DNA of 62,999 nucleotides, counting the filler, from Octopus bimaculoides (lineage: Eukaryota): NCBI RefSeq assembly GCF_001194135.2. It is 8 parts of 7 records of this genome, joined end to end, with 100 filler letters (N's around TTAATTAATTAA, not from the genome) between each part and the next. Parts side by side here need not be neighbours in the genome. Positions count along the whole stretch, not along the records: positions 15,850 to 27,962 come from NC_068983.1; positions 28,063 to 38,976 come from NC_068992.1; 6 more parts are not named here. One strand, written 5' to 3'. The position numbers and the translations under genes were made by a program. Position 1 is the first letter of the stretch. The number at the start of each line of letters is the position of its first letter. Shown in pieces: positions 23,827-38,487 of this stretch. The notes under the pieces were generated by a model. It was given only the letters and a program-made list of their open reading frames with translations. It had not been told where the DNA came from and made no database searches.

Positions 23827-26639
23827 GTAAAACTCGTACTTAAACAGTTAGTTTCATTTTCTCAGCGAGTTGAGCCTGTGACCTTCTACGTGACAACACC
23901 TCACTCCTCCACGAAGCACTTTTACACTGTTCTCTGGCAGGCATCAAGGAAGCCCTTAACCTTCCATTACCAAACTACAACTTAATCAGCGGTTGCTAAG
24001 CTGAATGACAGGAATTGTGAAACCAAGCATCATCATAAATAAAAACCTTTTTATTATGTTGTTAATTGTTCTAATGTCTCTTCATTTATAATGCTGTTGA
24101 AAGGTGATAGAGAGAGACTAAACTCTCTATGACAATTATCTAAATTTTTACAAATATACATTCCTCACCAACTTTATATGTTAATAATCCAAAAATGATC
24201 ATTATGATTTCAACTAGTGAGGCATGTGAGCTGGCAGAATTGTTAATGCGCCAGGTGAAATGCTTAGTAGCATTTTGTCCGTCTTCATGTCCTGAGTTCA
24301 AATTACCCCAAGGTTGACTTTGCTTTTCATCCTTTCAGGGTCAATAAAGTAAGTACCAGCCAAGTACTGGGGCCAATGTAATCGACTCACTTCCCAGAAA
24401 TTGTTGCCAAAGTTTGAAACCATTATTACTGCTAACTGATACAACTTGGTTTATTTTCTTATGACTTAGATAGTTCAAGTAAAAGAATTATATATATAGA
24501 TATGATTCTTTTATTCTTTTATTTGTTTCAGTCATTTGGCTGCAGTCATGCTGGAGCACTGCCTTTAGTTGAACAAATCGACCCCAGGACTTATTCTTTG
24601 TAAGCCTAGTACTTATTCTACCGGTCTCTTTTTTCTGAACCGCTAAATTACACGGACATAAACACACCAACATTGGTTGTCAAGTGATGGTGGGGAGACA
24701 CACACACACACACATATATATCCTTTGTAGAAATACATAAATCCGGAGGAGAAGCACACTCTAAAATATTGAGCAGTTAGTGTGTATATATATATATATG
24801 GTCCAAAAATAAAAACACTGTTAAAGAACATAAATACATATGCACACATACACACACATCAATACCTAAACTTGTATATATATATGTATGCATATATCCA
24901 CACACACAAACATATATATATGTGTGTACATATATAAGTATGTATTTATATAAATGTATATTTATAGATGTATATGTATAGAGGTATATCTAAATATACG
25001 TGTATATATATATATATATATATATATGTAAATCTATATGTATATATATATATATAGATATATGTAAATCTATATGTATATATATATATATATATATATC
25101 TTCAATATGTTATAAATTGATTTGATGCTTTGTGATTGCCTGTTCATGTTTTATTCCATTATACCATGTGTGTGTGTGTGTGTGCACTGTGAGTTTCCTT
25201 TTTTAAAAAAATTTGACCTTGGACTGAGTAATGCCTTAAAGTAAACCTAATGAAAATTTTAATAAACTATTGAGTGCACAGAGCATGTAGTGAAATCTCA
25301 AACAGGATGGAGAAAGAAGACTTTGTATTTAACTGACACATAAGAGCAGCTAGCAGCAAGAGTACACATAATATATTCCTTTAAATGCTTGAAAAACTCT
25401 TTTGTAGCAGTTGATAGTTTCTGTTCCTAGGTGACCTAATTAGAAGCTGAGTAGAGCACAATGCAAGAAAAAAAAAATGCGGAACAATGCAACAAGCAAA
25501 AGCTAAAAACTTAAATTATTTCATGATGGGATTTTTTTGAACTTCATCTTTCATCAGAAATTAGCATGGACTCACTTGCCAGTGTATCAAGGAGGAAGAT
25601 ATTGAATATTAAAACTTTGATTGTCGTAAAAGAGGAAAATACAACACTGTCTATCTACAGTGTGAATGATTTGGCATCATAATAGCAGTTTGATAACATT
25701 TTTTAAAAATTGAATTTTATCAGATGCTCTGCAGACAGAAAGTCATATAAAGTTAGAAATATTTTCAAAATTGTAAAGAGCCATTAATTACCACCATCAT
25801 CATCATCATTTCAATGTTTGCTTTTACATGCATTATATGGGTCAGACAGTTTATTGAGGTAGACACTCTATGGCCAGATGCCTTTCCTGTCACCAATCTT
25901 CACCTGTTTCCAAGCAAAGTAATATTTCACCTTGGGCAAATATGTTTAAGCAGAATATTGGAAATGAATGATACTACTTGTATGACAGCAACACTCATTC
26001 ACAACTACTATGCAATGTCAAGACAAAGAGACATAAACATACACACACTCACACACATAGGAAAATCAATAAAAAATGTACAGTAAACTTGCCATGGGGT
26101 GAAAAACCTACCTACTTACCCACCTACCTACCTATATGTTCGTCTGTCTGTCTGTTTTTTTTTAATGTTCTCTTATGATAAAAGTACTTTTACATTAATC
26201 TGATGGGTTACACTACACTTTTATAGAGTACAAATTTATTATTCTCAGATAAGAATGTTGTTGACAGTGACTTCAAAGTTTCGGCCAGCTCAGCCATCGT
26301 TGTGTGTGTGTATGTGTGTGCACACGCGCATGCGCACACACACATTAGTTTCTGTCTACCAAATCCATGCACAAAGCTCTGGCTGGCCTGAAGCCATAGT
26401 TGAAGACACTTGCCCAGGATGCCACACATGGGAATGAACCCAAAACCATAAGGTTTGGAAGCAAATTTTTCAACCACACAAAACAAGTTAATGAATAAAA
26501 AAAATGAGACTTAAAAGAATATTGGGAAATGAATGTAGAGAAGTTTGGTACACATGGATAGTGTTTTCTTTGAAATCAAATGCACATTTTTGATTGTATT
26601 ATTTATTATTTTCATGAAGTACCAATCAGTCTCCATTGG

Positions 26640-27440
26640 GACAAGAAAGTAGATTTGATCTTTGGAAAGCATCAGAAAGGCAGAAAGCTTAAATTGCATC
26701 AGAAAAACAAAAATAGCGAGATGTTCTTCATTGCATAAATATTTCAGCAAATGTAAACCTTGCATTGCATAGTTACAAGGAATTCCAAAGTCAGAAAGAG
26801 GAAAACAATTTTGAAGTTTTGCAGGTGTTATTAAAACTGTTGGCAAACTTTGATCCTGTCATGAAACCACATCTCAGTAATGTGATGAAAATGAACCCTG
26901 AAAGAATATCATGTTTATTTTTGCAGTTTATGAAAATCTTCCTGCAATACAAATTAGTGTCTATCTAGAATATTCTGAAGCACACCACCTCTCCAGGCAC
27001 TAAAGTTTGGCAACAGGCCTTTATAGAACACCATTGATCTCTTGCTGTGACAATGCTGCAATTATAGCTGATTGAAGTGGTGTCCAACAGGAGAAAATTG
27101 AAAAAATTACAAAGATATTTTTTTCACAATGTGGCAATCATTCTTTCAATTTAATTGGAGTATAAACTGGTAACAATAATGAACCGATGGCTATTTTTAT
27201 CAGTGCAATTCAGTTGCTTTAGTCAACCTTTTCTATCTGAATTCTCTATTGACAAAAGCTGAAAGATGACACACAAATAGTTGTCAAATCTGAATTTGAA
27301 ACTTGATGGAATTCCTGAGCAAAAGCTGTGAAGCCAGTTCATGAATAATTTGATTTCACAGTGAGAATTTTGTCAAGCATGGTCGATGACCAAAATCGTA
27401 ATGAAACGGCTGCTACAAGAAGCAATACAAGTCAAGTACT
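26640..27440 (+). mobile_element. Decayed hAT transposase (ZMYM1-like/DUF4371 type)
   Basis: NNFEVLQVLLKLLANFDPVMKPHL; CDNAAIIAD*SGVQQ; CGNHSFNLIGV; KSEFET*WNS*AKAVKPV in the expected order with stops. Confidence 0.8.
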
Positions 27441-27730
27441 GAATCAAATTTTGAGTCTAATTTCTTAGTTTTAGTTCAACATCATCATTGCTTTAATGGT
27501 GAATTTTCCATGCTTGCATGAATCAGACAGAATTTGTTGGGACAGATTTTCTACAGCCAGATGCCCTTCCTGTTGCCAACCTTTACCCGTTTCCAAGCAT
27601 TGTAATATTTTCCCATGACCAGACAGCATGTGATGTCATGGAGACACAAACATAAACACACTAACATAAACATACATACATGTAATCATGTGTGTGTGTG
27701 TGTGTGTGCGCGTGCATATATCTATATATA

Positions 27731-27962
27731 TCATCATCATCATCATCATCGTTTAACGTCCGCTTTCCATGCTAGCATGGGTTGGACGATTTGACTGAGG
27801 ACTGGTGAAACCGGATGGCAACACCAGGCTCCAATCTAATTTGGCAGAGTTTCTACAGCTGGATGCCCTTCCTAACGCCAACCACTCAGAGAGTGTAGTG
27901 GGTGCTTTTACGTGTCACCCGCACGAAAACGGCCACGCTCGAAATGGTGTCTTTTATGTGCC
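27731..27962 (-). mobile_element. Young SINE-like copy truncated by a scaffold join
   Basis: About 3 substitutions versus 57063-57290 over ~190 bp by eye. Confidence 0.9.
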
Positions 27963-28062
27963 NNNNNNNNNNNNNNNNNNNNNNNNNNNNNNNNNNNNNN
28001 NNNNNNTTAATTAATTAANNNNNNNNNNNNNNNNNNNNNNNNNNNNNNNNNNNNNNNNNNNN
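27963..28062. other. Artificial scaffold join with six-frame-stop linker
   Basis: 44 N + TTAATTAATTAA (28007-28018) + 44 N. Confidence 0.92.
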
Positions 28063-30232
28063 TGGCAGGCGGTGTGTTAGTAAGTATGTAGGTGTGTACG
28101 TGTGTATTCACAGCTTTCAATATTCGTTTTTCTTTTACTCCACGTGTAATGGAAACAGATAGAGAAACATGCTATTTCAGACCCTAGCGACAAATCACAC
28201 AATGTTTCCAATGATGAAAAAATTTATGAAAATAAGTAAATAAAAAGTGAAAAGATTAACAAATAAATTGATTTTCTTTAAAAGATATGCTTATTTGAAA
28301 GCCTAAAGCAAAATCTCTCGGAGTAACACTAAAAAAAATCTATGAGGCTCAAAATTCTCTCCACAAACTGATCTTTTAACTGAATAGATAACAAAATCTC
28401 AGAAATCGTTACAGCAACAACGGCTTTAGTAGCAGCTGTAGCAACGACAGTAAAAGCAACGGAAGTAAAAGCAACAGCAGGAACAACAGAAATAACATTA
28501 ACAGGAACATTGATGTGGACGACAAAAAAGCAAAGAAAACAAAATTGAAGTTGCCAAAACATATTGTCACTTACAGAAAAATATGAGTCCTTAAAGTGCG
28601 ATGCAATAAAAACATCAGAAATAGTAAAAATTATATGGATGCTCCAACTCCAGTAACTGCTGCTGCTTGTTATGTGATTTATATTATGGTCGTCATCTCC
28701 ATAATCAGTGTCTTTTTAGTGTTGTTTAATCGAGATATCATAGGCTAAATTGTCCGGTTATCCACCAAACTTTTGAAGAACATTTTGTTTTTCAAATTAG
28801 CTTCCCACTTGTTTGCGGTTATTTCATTGAATTCTTCAAACCAAACTGTGATTTATGACATCCTGTTGTAGGTTCTTTCTATCAGTGAGATTCAGCAATT
28901 TTTATTTTAGACTCATTATAATGTGTTGTTTTAGGTGCGTGTAAGTACGGATCTATGGCGTGAGGGAGACTTGCACACGGCGTGATGACATGATTCTCGA
29001 CATCCCATTTCAAGTGTTTAGCTTTACGTTTACTTACAGCCAGCTTGGGCGATAATTTCCTCGCCTCCTATGTAGTAGAGTGAGTATACAATTACATTCA
29101 GTGGCGTTGCGAATAGCTACCAAGCTGAATAAAAAAATCCTGTATACTCTTCAAAAAGGTAAAGACGAAATAGTAACAGGTGGAATATCTTTCATCATAA
29201 ATCTAGTCGATGACAGATGTTCGATGGTTAAATAATATTAACTCCGCCTACAACAAAGCTGACTTCCTCTATCGATCCTAGAAGGGTGAAAGGAAAACTG
29301 TGGCTCTACACAAATTGTCCTAACAATTGAAAGAGAGATAAGGAAGTCCCTGTAAAAGAATTCCATCTGAGCTACCAATTTTGCCATTAGTTATTTAGTG
29401 TTAAATGTCATGGCTTTTGTTTTTGTTTGTTTAACCTTAAGTCAACGGTGAGGCCTGTGATTCTATTTGTGGCCATTCCATATGTTTCCTTTGCGCAAAG
29501 AACACAGGTCCATACAAATTAAGATAGCGTTTTCTAGCATTTGGCATGTACATTAAACGGATGCTGGTTGTTATTTCTATGTTCAGCCACCACAGACTGG
29601 CTGATTCATTTTCTCGTAACCATAATAATACAAATAATTAATATACGTAAGGGTTTCCTTCTTGTTTTTTTATTGTTGTTGTTCTTTTTTTTGTTGCTTT
29701 TATTTTCTATACAACTCGGCTCCCCATTGTCTTCCAACTGCGTCTACTGCGATATATTTCAATGGAATTAACAGATTTTTTTAATATCGTTCATTTTATT
29801 TTTGTCCAGTTGTGAGGTTTTGACAATACAAACCGAGAATCTAATATGTCTGAATGTACATGTCGCTGCTTGTGACAACAGGAGGTGATTCGTGTTTAAT
29901 GATTGGTTATTCTTCATTTATTGGTTTTATCGTTTGCTGACTGACCCTTCGTAATATGGACGGCGATATTATGAGGAAATTGCAGTACGTGAGATTGGTT
30001 ATGATATTGCAAAATGGATTATCTCTTATATTTATCCTTTTACGTGTTTCAATCATTAGACTGCTGCCATGCTGGGGCATCGTCTTGAAGAATATTTAGT
30101 CAAATAATTCGATATCAGTTCTTATACTTACAAGCTTGGTACTTATTCTATCTAAGACACATTTGCAAATCTTACATAAAAATTCATCGTAGACTGGTGC
30201 TTGGCTTTGGATCTTCGATGTCGTGTGTTAGC

Positions 30233-30302
30233 TGACGTCATTTAAACCTATTAGATTTAAACTGGACTATTTATTATAGCTGCCGGAAGCTGGCGCGCCA
30301 AT
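30233..30302. promoter_or_regulatory. CRE-ETS-E2F-CCAAT promoter-like motif cluster
   Basis: TGACGTCA 30233-30240, GCCGGAAG 30282-30289, TGGCGCGCCA 30291-30300, CCAAT 30298-30302. Confidence 0.45.
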
Positions 30303-31554
30303 CGTCGTAAAGTCAATCCGTCCTAATTCGGATAGGTCGTAAGCCGATGACGATCTGTATTCTAATTTATGTGTTGAAACTCGTAATCCCTAACTGACAA
30401 GGTTATGATTCCTATACCTTTGATTATTCCCTCTTTGACAATACCTGATACACTATATATTTCTTTCATCATTCACTTAGTATTAGTTTCCATTTCCAAG
30501 GTGCAGTATTTACACTCCTTCTAATCTTCATACATAATATTCTATTTGTTCTGAAAATAAGGGTTTGAAAATGTTGGTACATTGCAAGCAATTTTAAGTC
30601 AGAGCGGGCAAGGGCTGCGTTGGTTTCATGATCCCCAGTATTTGACTGGTACTTATTTTATTGATTCCGAAGGGGGAAGGTCAAGGTTGACTTCGGCACT
30701 GTTTGGGCTCGGAACGAAAAGAACCAAGAGAAATTCTGATAAGCATTTACTCCTACACTCTATCGATTCTACTTGCTTTGCCCCCTGATTTTCCTAATAG
30801 TGTAATAATATTAAAATGCGGTAACCTCAGCGTTCAACTTGCACTTATTTTATCGACCCCGAAGGATGAAATAGAAAGCGAATCTCGGCGGAATTTGAAC
30901 TCACGATGTAAAGAGCCGGGTGAAAAACTGACGAGTATTTTGTCCGACTCGCTAACCATTCTGCTAATTCCCCTCCATTTTCCTTAAAATAATCTTGTCT
31001 ACTATAAGCACAAGGCCTGAAATTCGGTTAATCGATAACATCGACCCCAGTACTCAATTGGCAATTATTTTATCAACCTTGAAAGGATGAAAGGCAAAGA
31101 CAAACTCGGCATGATTCGAACTCAGAACCTAAAGAGCCACGTGAAAGATTAGTAAGTATTTTGTCCTACTCACTAACGAATCCGCCTGCACCGCCTTCTG
31201 CTTAAAATAATGCGGATGATTATGAATTAGAACAGAGTTATTGTTCTGATTTAGATAATGGTATGTAGGCGTTTCCTCTTTGATTTATTTGTCATTCTCT
31301 CCAGGGATGCCGAAGCCATGTTATTGCCTTATAACCGACTTCATAGTTTTCATGTGGCGAAGGAATATGTACATCAAATTCCCTAACGGATATAGATACC
31401 CCGCCATTCGGCCATTCTTGTCTTTTACTCCGTTCTCTCTTTTGGAGTACTGGGCAATCGGATATTATGTAGCTATTTTTTTTCTGCTTTTTTCTTATGC
31501 CGATTGCATTATTATCAATGCCATTATTTTGCAAATTATTGATTTTGCAATGAT

Positions 31555-31604
31555 ATGATTATTATTGTTGCTTTTCTTCTTGTTTCTGTTATTGTTCTTT
31601 TTAT

Positions 31605-31635
<31 letters not shown>

Positions 31636-31830
31636 AGTATGATCATCGGCATCATCATCATCAGCATCATCATCATCATCATCATCATCATCGTTATTAC
31701 CATCAACATCATCATCGTCGTCGTCATCACCCCCATCGTCATCATCATCATTTTCGCCGTCGTCATCATCATCCTTATCATCATCATCGTCATCATCCTA
31801 ATCGATACGTTGTTCATTATATCTGTACTT
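31555..31830. repeat. Degenerate (ATC)n trinucleotide tract
   Basis: ATC/AGC/GTC variants giving poly-Ile and poly-Met ORFs; one of many simple repeats ((GATA)n, (CA)n, (GA)n, (TA)n, (CATA)n, (AAT)n) across the window. Confidence 0.9.
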
Positions 31831-32894
31831 GTTATTGTAATCTTTTATATTTCCATTCCGGTTAATGAATTGACGAAAACAACATTACTTTCCCCTGTTT
31901 CACGAAGAGCAAGAGTGGGAGAGAGGGAATGAGAGAGAAATTTCGATCATAATTCAACATAGGGGTTGGGTATATGTTACCAAGGTATTATTGATTGTAT
32001 AATATTATTTGTTATTGCTTATTGTTTCTCTTCAACGTATCTTTGTTTTCTTGATAACAGACCGAGTTGATACATAAGACGTGTATAATACCTACAAGTA
32101 TATTTTTTTTGTAATTCTGGGACAGAAGAAAACCAAGGATATTTTTATATTGTTATTCTTGTACGATCTCATACCAACGTTATACCAACTACTTATTGGA
32201 ATCATAGTAACAATTATATTTCATTGTACAGTAATCCCTCGACTATCGCAGGTGTTACATTCCAAAACCACCCATAAATAAATAAAATCTAAAAAGACAT
32301 AAATACCTATCGGCCGAAGAAACCCGGATATACTGAGGAGTCCACGACATAAATTTACATATATAAGCCAGAAAAGAAAGAGGAAAATAGAGCAACTTTT
32401 GTGTGTGTGTGTGTGTGTGTGTATGATGGATTCTCTCGTCGTGAACGACAGATGAAGGTTCAGTAATATAAAGCATGTTCTATGGATCATGTTCTATGGA
32501 CACGAATGTATCTCTTGAGGCCTGTTGGTACCTTGCACACCTTTTGGCAAAGGGAACAAGTCGAAGACGTAGTTTGCTTGAGTGTTTGTGGATCATTCAC
32601 TATGTGTTTTCTGCAGTGGACGACAAGGTTTAATTTACTTCGTACCACAAAATCACATTGACTGCTAGGGTTACCGTTTAGATGCCGGGCGTGCCTTCAC
32701 GCTTGCACGAAATTGGTCCACCACGTTGAAGATTTTTATTGGAACGAATCGGCTCCGGTACTTAATCTTTAAACTCGGTTCTCATTCTGTTGGTCACTTT
32801 TGATGGACCGCTAATATATGGGAACGTAAACAGGCCAAACTCGGTTGTCAAATGCTTCTGGTAGAAACACACACACATAAACACACACATACAG

Positions 32895-32927
<33 letters not shown>

Positions 32928-33510
32928 TACATACATACATACATACATATATTCATACGATGGCTTCTTCAGGTTTCTGTCATTGAAATCCACTCACAAG
33001 GTCTGCTCGATGGTGTAGTAGAAGACACCACCCCAAGGTGTCACGCATAAGGTTGCCAGTGATTTCATGTTTCCTCCCACCACCCGTAGCAGAAGATCTG
33101 TTGACGGCTACCAAAAAAGTTACTTTTCTTCCTAAAGGGAACAAATATGTACTGTAGTAAAAAACAATGCGTGGTCCTTCTGTTTAATGTCAAACTGTTT
33201 TCATATATAACTTCACTGAAAAACAAAATCTACCATACACACATACACGCAGACATGCATACATACAGACATACATGCATGCATACATAGATACATAGAC
33301 ATATACATCCATACGTACATACATGTATGTACGTATGGATTTATGCGTGTATGTATTATGTATGTATGTATGTATATATATGTACCCACAATTCTATTTA
33401 TGTATATACACAGACCTGCTATTATTTCTACCTGTTCCAACCAAGGACATCGGCCAAGCTGGTACATCGCTGCATTCATACATATATATCAAACATACCT
33501 GCGCTGTGAG

Positions 33511-33545
<35 letters not shown>

Positions 33546-33565
33546 CTTTTTATATATATATATAT

Positions 33566-33603
<38 letters not shown>

Positions 33604-34208
33604 TCATACATATTTTCATATAGATGCACTCACACTGAAATACGTAAGTGTGTATGTGTATGTGTATGTATATATAGATATATATATGCATTTATGTTAA
33701 TATACATAAAGAAAATGCATATGTAAATTTTACCTATACATGTATGTGTGTATGTTTGTATGTATGCACACATGTTGGCATGTATGTATATACCAATGGA
33801 TGGATGAATTTATGTATGTATTCAAATCAAATTTCTTGCCAAATGTTGATAATATTTATTTATACTCACTGCGTTTCCTGTCCAAATATTGATCTTAAAC
33901 CATTGTATTTTTTTTTATTATTGTATTCTATAATCAATTGTTAGCAGCAAGTATATAATTTTCGGAACCTTAGTTGCTACTTTACTCTTTGAATTCTTTG
34001 TCATTTATTTATTTATTTATTTATTCATTCAATTCGTTTCACATTGTGAGCTTTACTCTTCCGTTCATGGTTCTCCCGAGAACCTAATTTTAATAGATTT
34101 TTTTTTTCTTCAACTATAATCGATTATTGTTGTTTTATTTCCGTTGTTGGTGTTGTCCTCGTTATTGATGCACTGTTTGTTCTGTTATTAATTGTTATTT
34201 CTGTTGAG

Positions 34209-34243
<35 letters not shown>

Positions 34244-34986
34244 CATTATTATTATTATTATTATCATCGTCATCATCGTTATTGGTGTTTTTTGGGTTTT
34301 TTTTTTGCTTTTGCTGTTGTAAACTTCACTACACTATAATGGCGGAAGATTTTTAATTTCTCAGCAAACGCACATTGCAAAAGAATCATTTTATACTTAT
34401 TTCAATAGAACTGTTTCCCTATTTTGTATTATAATTTTTATTTTATTTTTTATTTTGTTGAACAATAAAGTCATGAGATAACTGAGTTTCAGAGAAAATT
34501 CCAATAAGCTAATCTATGATTAATTGGTACAATTTAAACCAATATATAATTTGGAACGTATAGTGCTGTATATGCATTGTGGAATATTTATTAACGCTCA
34601 CATTAAATATTTAAATGGCGCGTGTGTTATAGGAAATAGTACTATCAGGAATTTCTTTTGTATATAGATGTAAATCCACTATAATAATTCTATAGTTATT
34701 ATTAGTATACTACCTATAAGATGGTATCATTGAATGCAAGCATTTGTATGGAGACTAGTTGGAGATTTCTAATTCCATATTTTGGTTCCAATATTCGAAA
34801 GAAAATTTCGGGAAAATGATTGCAGATTTCTGTGAGTGTATGCATGACAATATTTATTATACTTAAGCTGAGGTCTTGACTTAGGAACGTAGCCCACTGC
34901 TGAAATATAGACATATACGGTGAAATACATACATATATACGCCAACATATATACGATTCTGTTGTATAATATACACTTACATACAT

Positions 34987-35230
34987 TGCCAGGTGGATGT
35001 TAACATAAAGCTGAAGATCAGTTAAAAGGAAAGTACCTATGCTTAACTATTGAGAAATTTGCAGTCACTCTACTCACATTCTCAACCTGTAACTATTGCG
35101 GCCTTGGGATATGTAACACTACCTAACTACCAATCTTGAGGAATTAGGCTTCTCAAAAGCTGGAAGGGGAAAGCGAATTCGAAGACTAGAGATCCAGTCC
35201 ATCATTGGAACTGTAAAAATCTGTAAAAAC
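34987..35230 (+). mobile_element. Second fragment of RLE LINE family A
   Basis: GGATGTTAACATAAAGCTGAAGATCAG...GGGATATGTAACAC...AAAAATCTGTAAAA matches the reverse complement of 15065-15315. Confidence 0.85.
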
Positions 35231-35251
35231 ATGCATACATACATTCAAAAA

Positions 35252-35282
<31 letters not shown>

Positions 35283-37174
35283 CCAGACTATGAATTCATA
35301 TTCATTCCAATTATAATTAGAGCAATAGGTTTTATTAGTAAATGCTTAAACGAGAATCTAGATTTGCTGAATTAACTCCCATTGCGGATATGATGGCCTC
35401 CGCAGTATAAAACGCATTCAGCTGGTATTCACATGCTCATTTATATGACCGATCAGCCAGAGTAGGTATATATATATATTTTTTTTTTTAGATATACCAT
35501 TCTTTATATTTGTACCGGCACTTTGTTCCTTACGACGACAAGTATTTCAGTTGATCCGATCAACGGAATAGCTTGCTCGTGAGATTAACGTGCAAGTGGC
35601 TGGGCACTCCACTGATATACGTACCCCTTCACATACTTCTCACGGAGTTTCAGCGAGACAAAGGGTGTGACAAGGCTGACCCTTTGAAATACAAGTACTT
35701 CTCATTTTTGCCAGTGTGAAATAAACTGACTTGCTCAAGGACACAACACGCCGCCGGGAATCGAACTCACGGTCGCAAGCCGAATACCCTAGTCTGTCTG
35801 TATGACTATTTATCTATCCCCTCTCTGATCGCAAGTTGAATACCCTAACCACTAAGCCACGCGCCTTCATATGAGTAGAGCATCTCTAATTTGCTTCATA
35901 TATATGCCTGTTGAATATATTAAAATGTACTGCATCTTGTATCTGTGACTAACATTTGTTTCAAATTTTGGCACAAGACCGCCAATTCGATACCAGTGCT
36001 CAGGTACTTATTTTATCGAGCCTGAAGTGATAGAAAGCAAAGTTGACTTAGGCAAAATTTGAACTCAGAATGTAAAAAAGGAAAAAAATGGTGCCTTATA
36101 TGTATGATTAATGATAATGTGATTATACAAGGCAGCGTGTTGATGAAATCGTTACCACGCCGGGCAAAATGCTGACCTACATTTCATTCGTCTTTGCGTT
36201 CTGGGTTCAAATGAGTACGGGCTGAGCACTGAACTCGATTGAATCGATTTAGCCACTCTTACGCATTCACTGGCCCTTTGCCAACATTTGAAACCAATAT
36301 AGAAGTGATTATCGATTAAAGTTAGGAAGATTTTCGCAATATTGAACTTTACAAGTAGGCATTAATGGATATAAGCCAAATTATATCACGGTTATTCCTC
36401 GTAGCCAGAATGGTCCTGAGCTGGGGATATATGTCACTTTTTCTTTGAATACACTCGATTTTACTGTGGCATTACAGCAAGATCTCTTGACAAAATTCCT
36501 TTATATGACATTCGAAATCTTTCTAGTTATATTATTCAAATTTTTCATCACAGAGTAACAAGGTTGTGTGTTAACATCACTGAGCTTTACATTTGGGTTT
36601 TGAAATAGTTTATAAGAATTAGTATCTAAGATCACATTAAAGCAGTTACTTTGTTACCACTGTCATTTTAAGGATGAAAGAATTGAATGTTTGGCCGATA
36701 CCATTTTTGTGCATTTGATACATGTCAGTTGCATTATTGCAGCTATCTGGTGATATTTCTTTAAACCATAAGCTATAGAATTAACCTCATTTCTGTGTCC
36801 CAGATATATAATCCTATAAGCTTTCATGTATTAGATCTATGAAATCACTCTATGCTTATATTATGCAACTACCTTTAGAAGAATGCAGTTTCTTCTTAGC
36901 GTACATTATAACTGCTATATCGTCGTTATTTCAAAATTCTAGTGTCTTGTGAAATAATGTAACAAAACACTTTCAATAAATTTATGTCAAATTAAGTTAA
37001 GAGAATTTCTTCTTATTACTATAATCAAAACGTATACAATCTATATTGTTATGCTAATTAATAAGTTAGTCGCTTTTCAATTATATGTTTTCTCGTCATT
37101 TTACATTTTTAGTCGTTTGACGCGGTCATCATTTCTACCACCCTCAAGAGATTTAATGGAATAAATCGACCCTC

Positions 37175-37236
<62 letters not shown>

Positions 37237-38428
37237 CCAAATACATTCACAAGGTATTGGTCGGCCGGGAGCCATAGTACAATGTACTTGCCAAATGTGT
37301 CACAACACTGGGACAGAACCTGAGACCATGTGGTTGCAAAGTGAGTATCTTCACGCACCAAACTTGCCTGCACCTATTATTACAATTTCTATTTTACAAT
37401 TTTCTTAACTAATCTCATCGTAATGTTTAGAATCAAAGTTATCATTATGCCCATTGATCCTTTGCTTTTAACTAAAAACATCTAGACTTGTATGAAAAGT
37501 AACCTGATCTAAATTGGCTTTTATCTCTTAATACGTAAATCATCGAGCTGGCAGACTCGTTAGCTCCCTAAACAAAACGCTTCGCGTTATTTCAATAGAG
37601 CAAGGCGGCGAACTGGCTGAAACATTAGCACGCCGGGCTGAAATGGTTAGCGGTATTTTGTCTGCCGTTACGTTCTGAGTTCAAATTCCGCCGAAGTCGA
37701 ATTTGCCTTTCATCGTTTCAGGGGTTGATTAAATAAGTACCAGTTACTCCCTGGTGTCGATATAATGGACTTAATCCTTTTGTCTGTTCTTGTTTGTCCC
37801 CTTTGTGTGTAGCCCCTGATGGGCAGTAAAGAAATAAGAAACTTTAGGACGCCAGGCGAAATGCTGAGCGGTATTGTGGCTTTTTTTATGTTCTGAGTCA
37901 AAATTTNNNNNNNNNNNNNNNNNNNNNNNNNNNNNNNNNNNNNNNNNNNNNNNNNNNNNNNNNNNNNNNNNNNNNNNNNNNNNNNNNNNNNNNNNNNNNN
38001 NNNNNNNNNNNNNNNNNNNNNNNNNNNNNNNNNNNNNNNNNNNNNNNNNNNNNNNNNNNNNNNNNNNNNNNNNNNNNNNNNNNNNNNNNNNNNNNNNNNN
38101 NNNNNNNNNNNNNNNNNNNNNNNNNNNNNNNNNNNNNNNNNNNNNNNNNNNNNNNNNNNNNNNNNNNNNNNNNNNNNNNNNNNNNNNNNNNNNNNNNNNN
38201 NNNNNNNNNNNNNNNNNNNNNNNNNNNNNNNNNNNNNNNNNNNNNNNNNNNNNNNNNNNNNNNNNNNNNNNNNNNNNNNNNNNNNNNNNNNNNNNNNNNN
38301 NNNNNNNNNNNNNNNNNNNNNNNNNNNNNNNNNNNNNNNNNNNNNNNNNNNNNNNNNNNNNNNNNNNNNNNNNNNNNNNNNNNNNNNNNNNNNNNNNNNN
38401 NNNNNNNNNNNNNNNNNNNNNNNNNNNN

Positions 38429-38487
<59 letters not shown>

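Noticed and set aside
31536-31932. Poly-Ile membrane protein or poly-Met ORF
   Set aside because: Product of a degenerate (ATC)n microsatellite.
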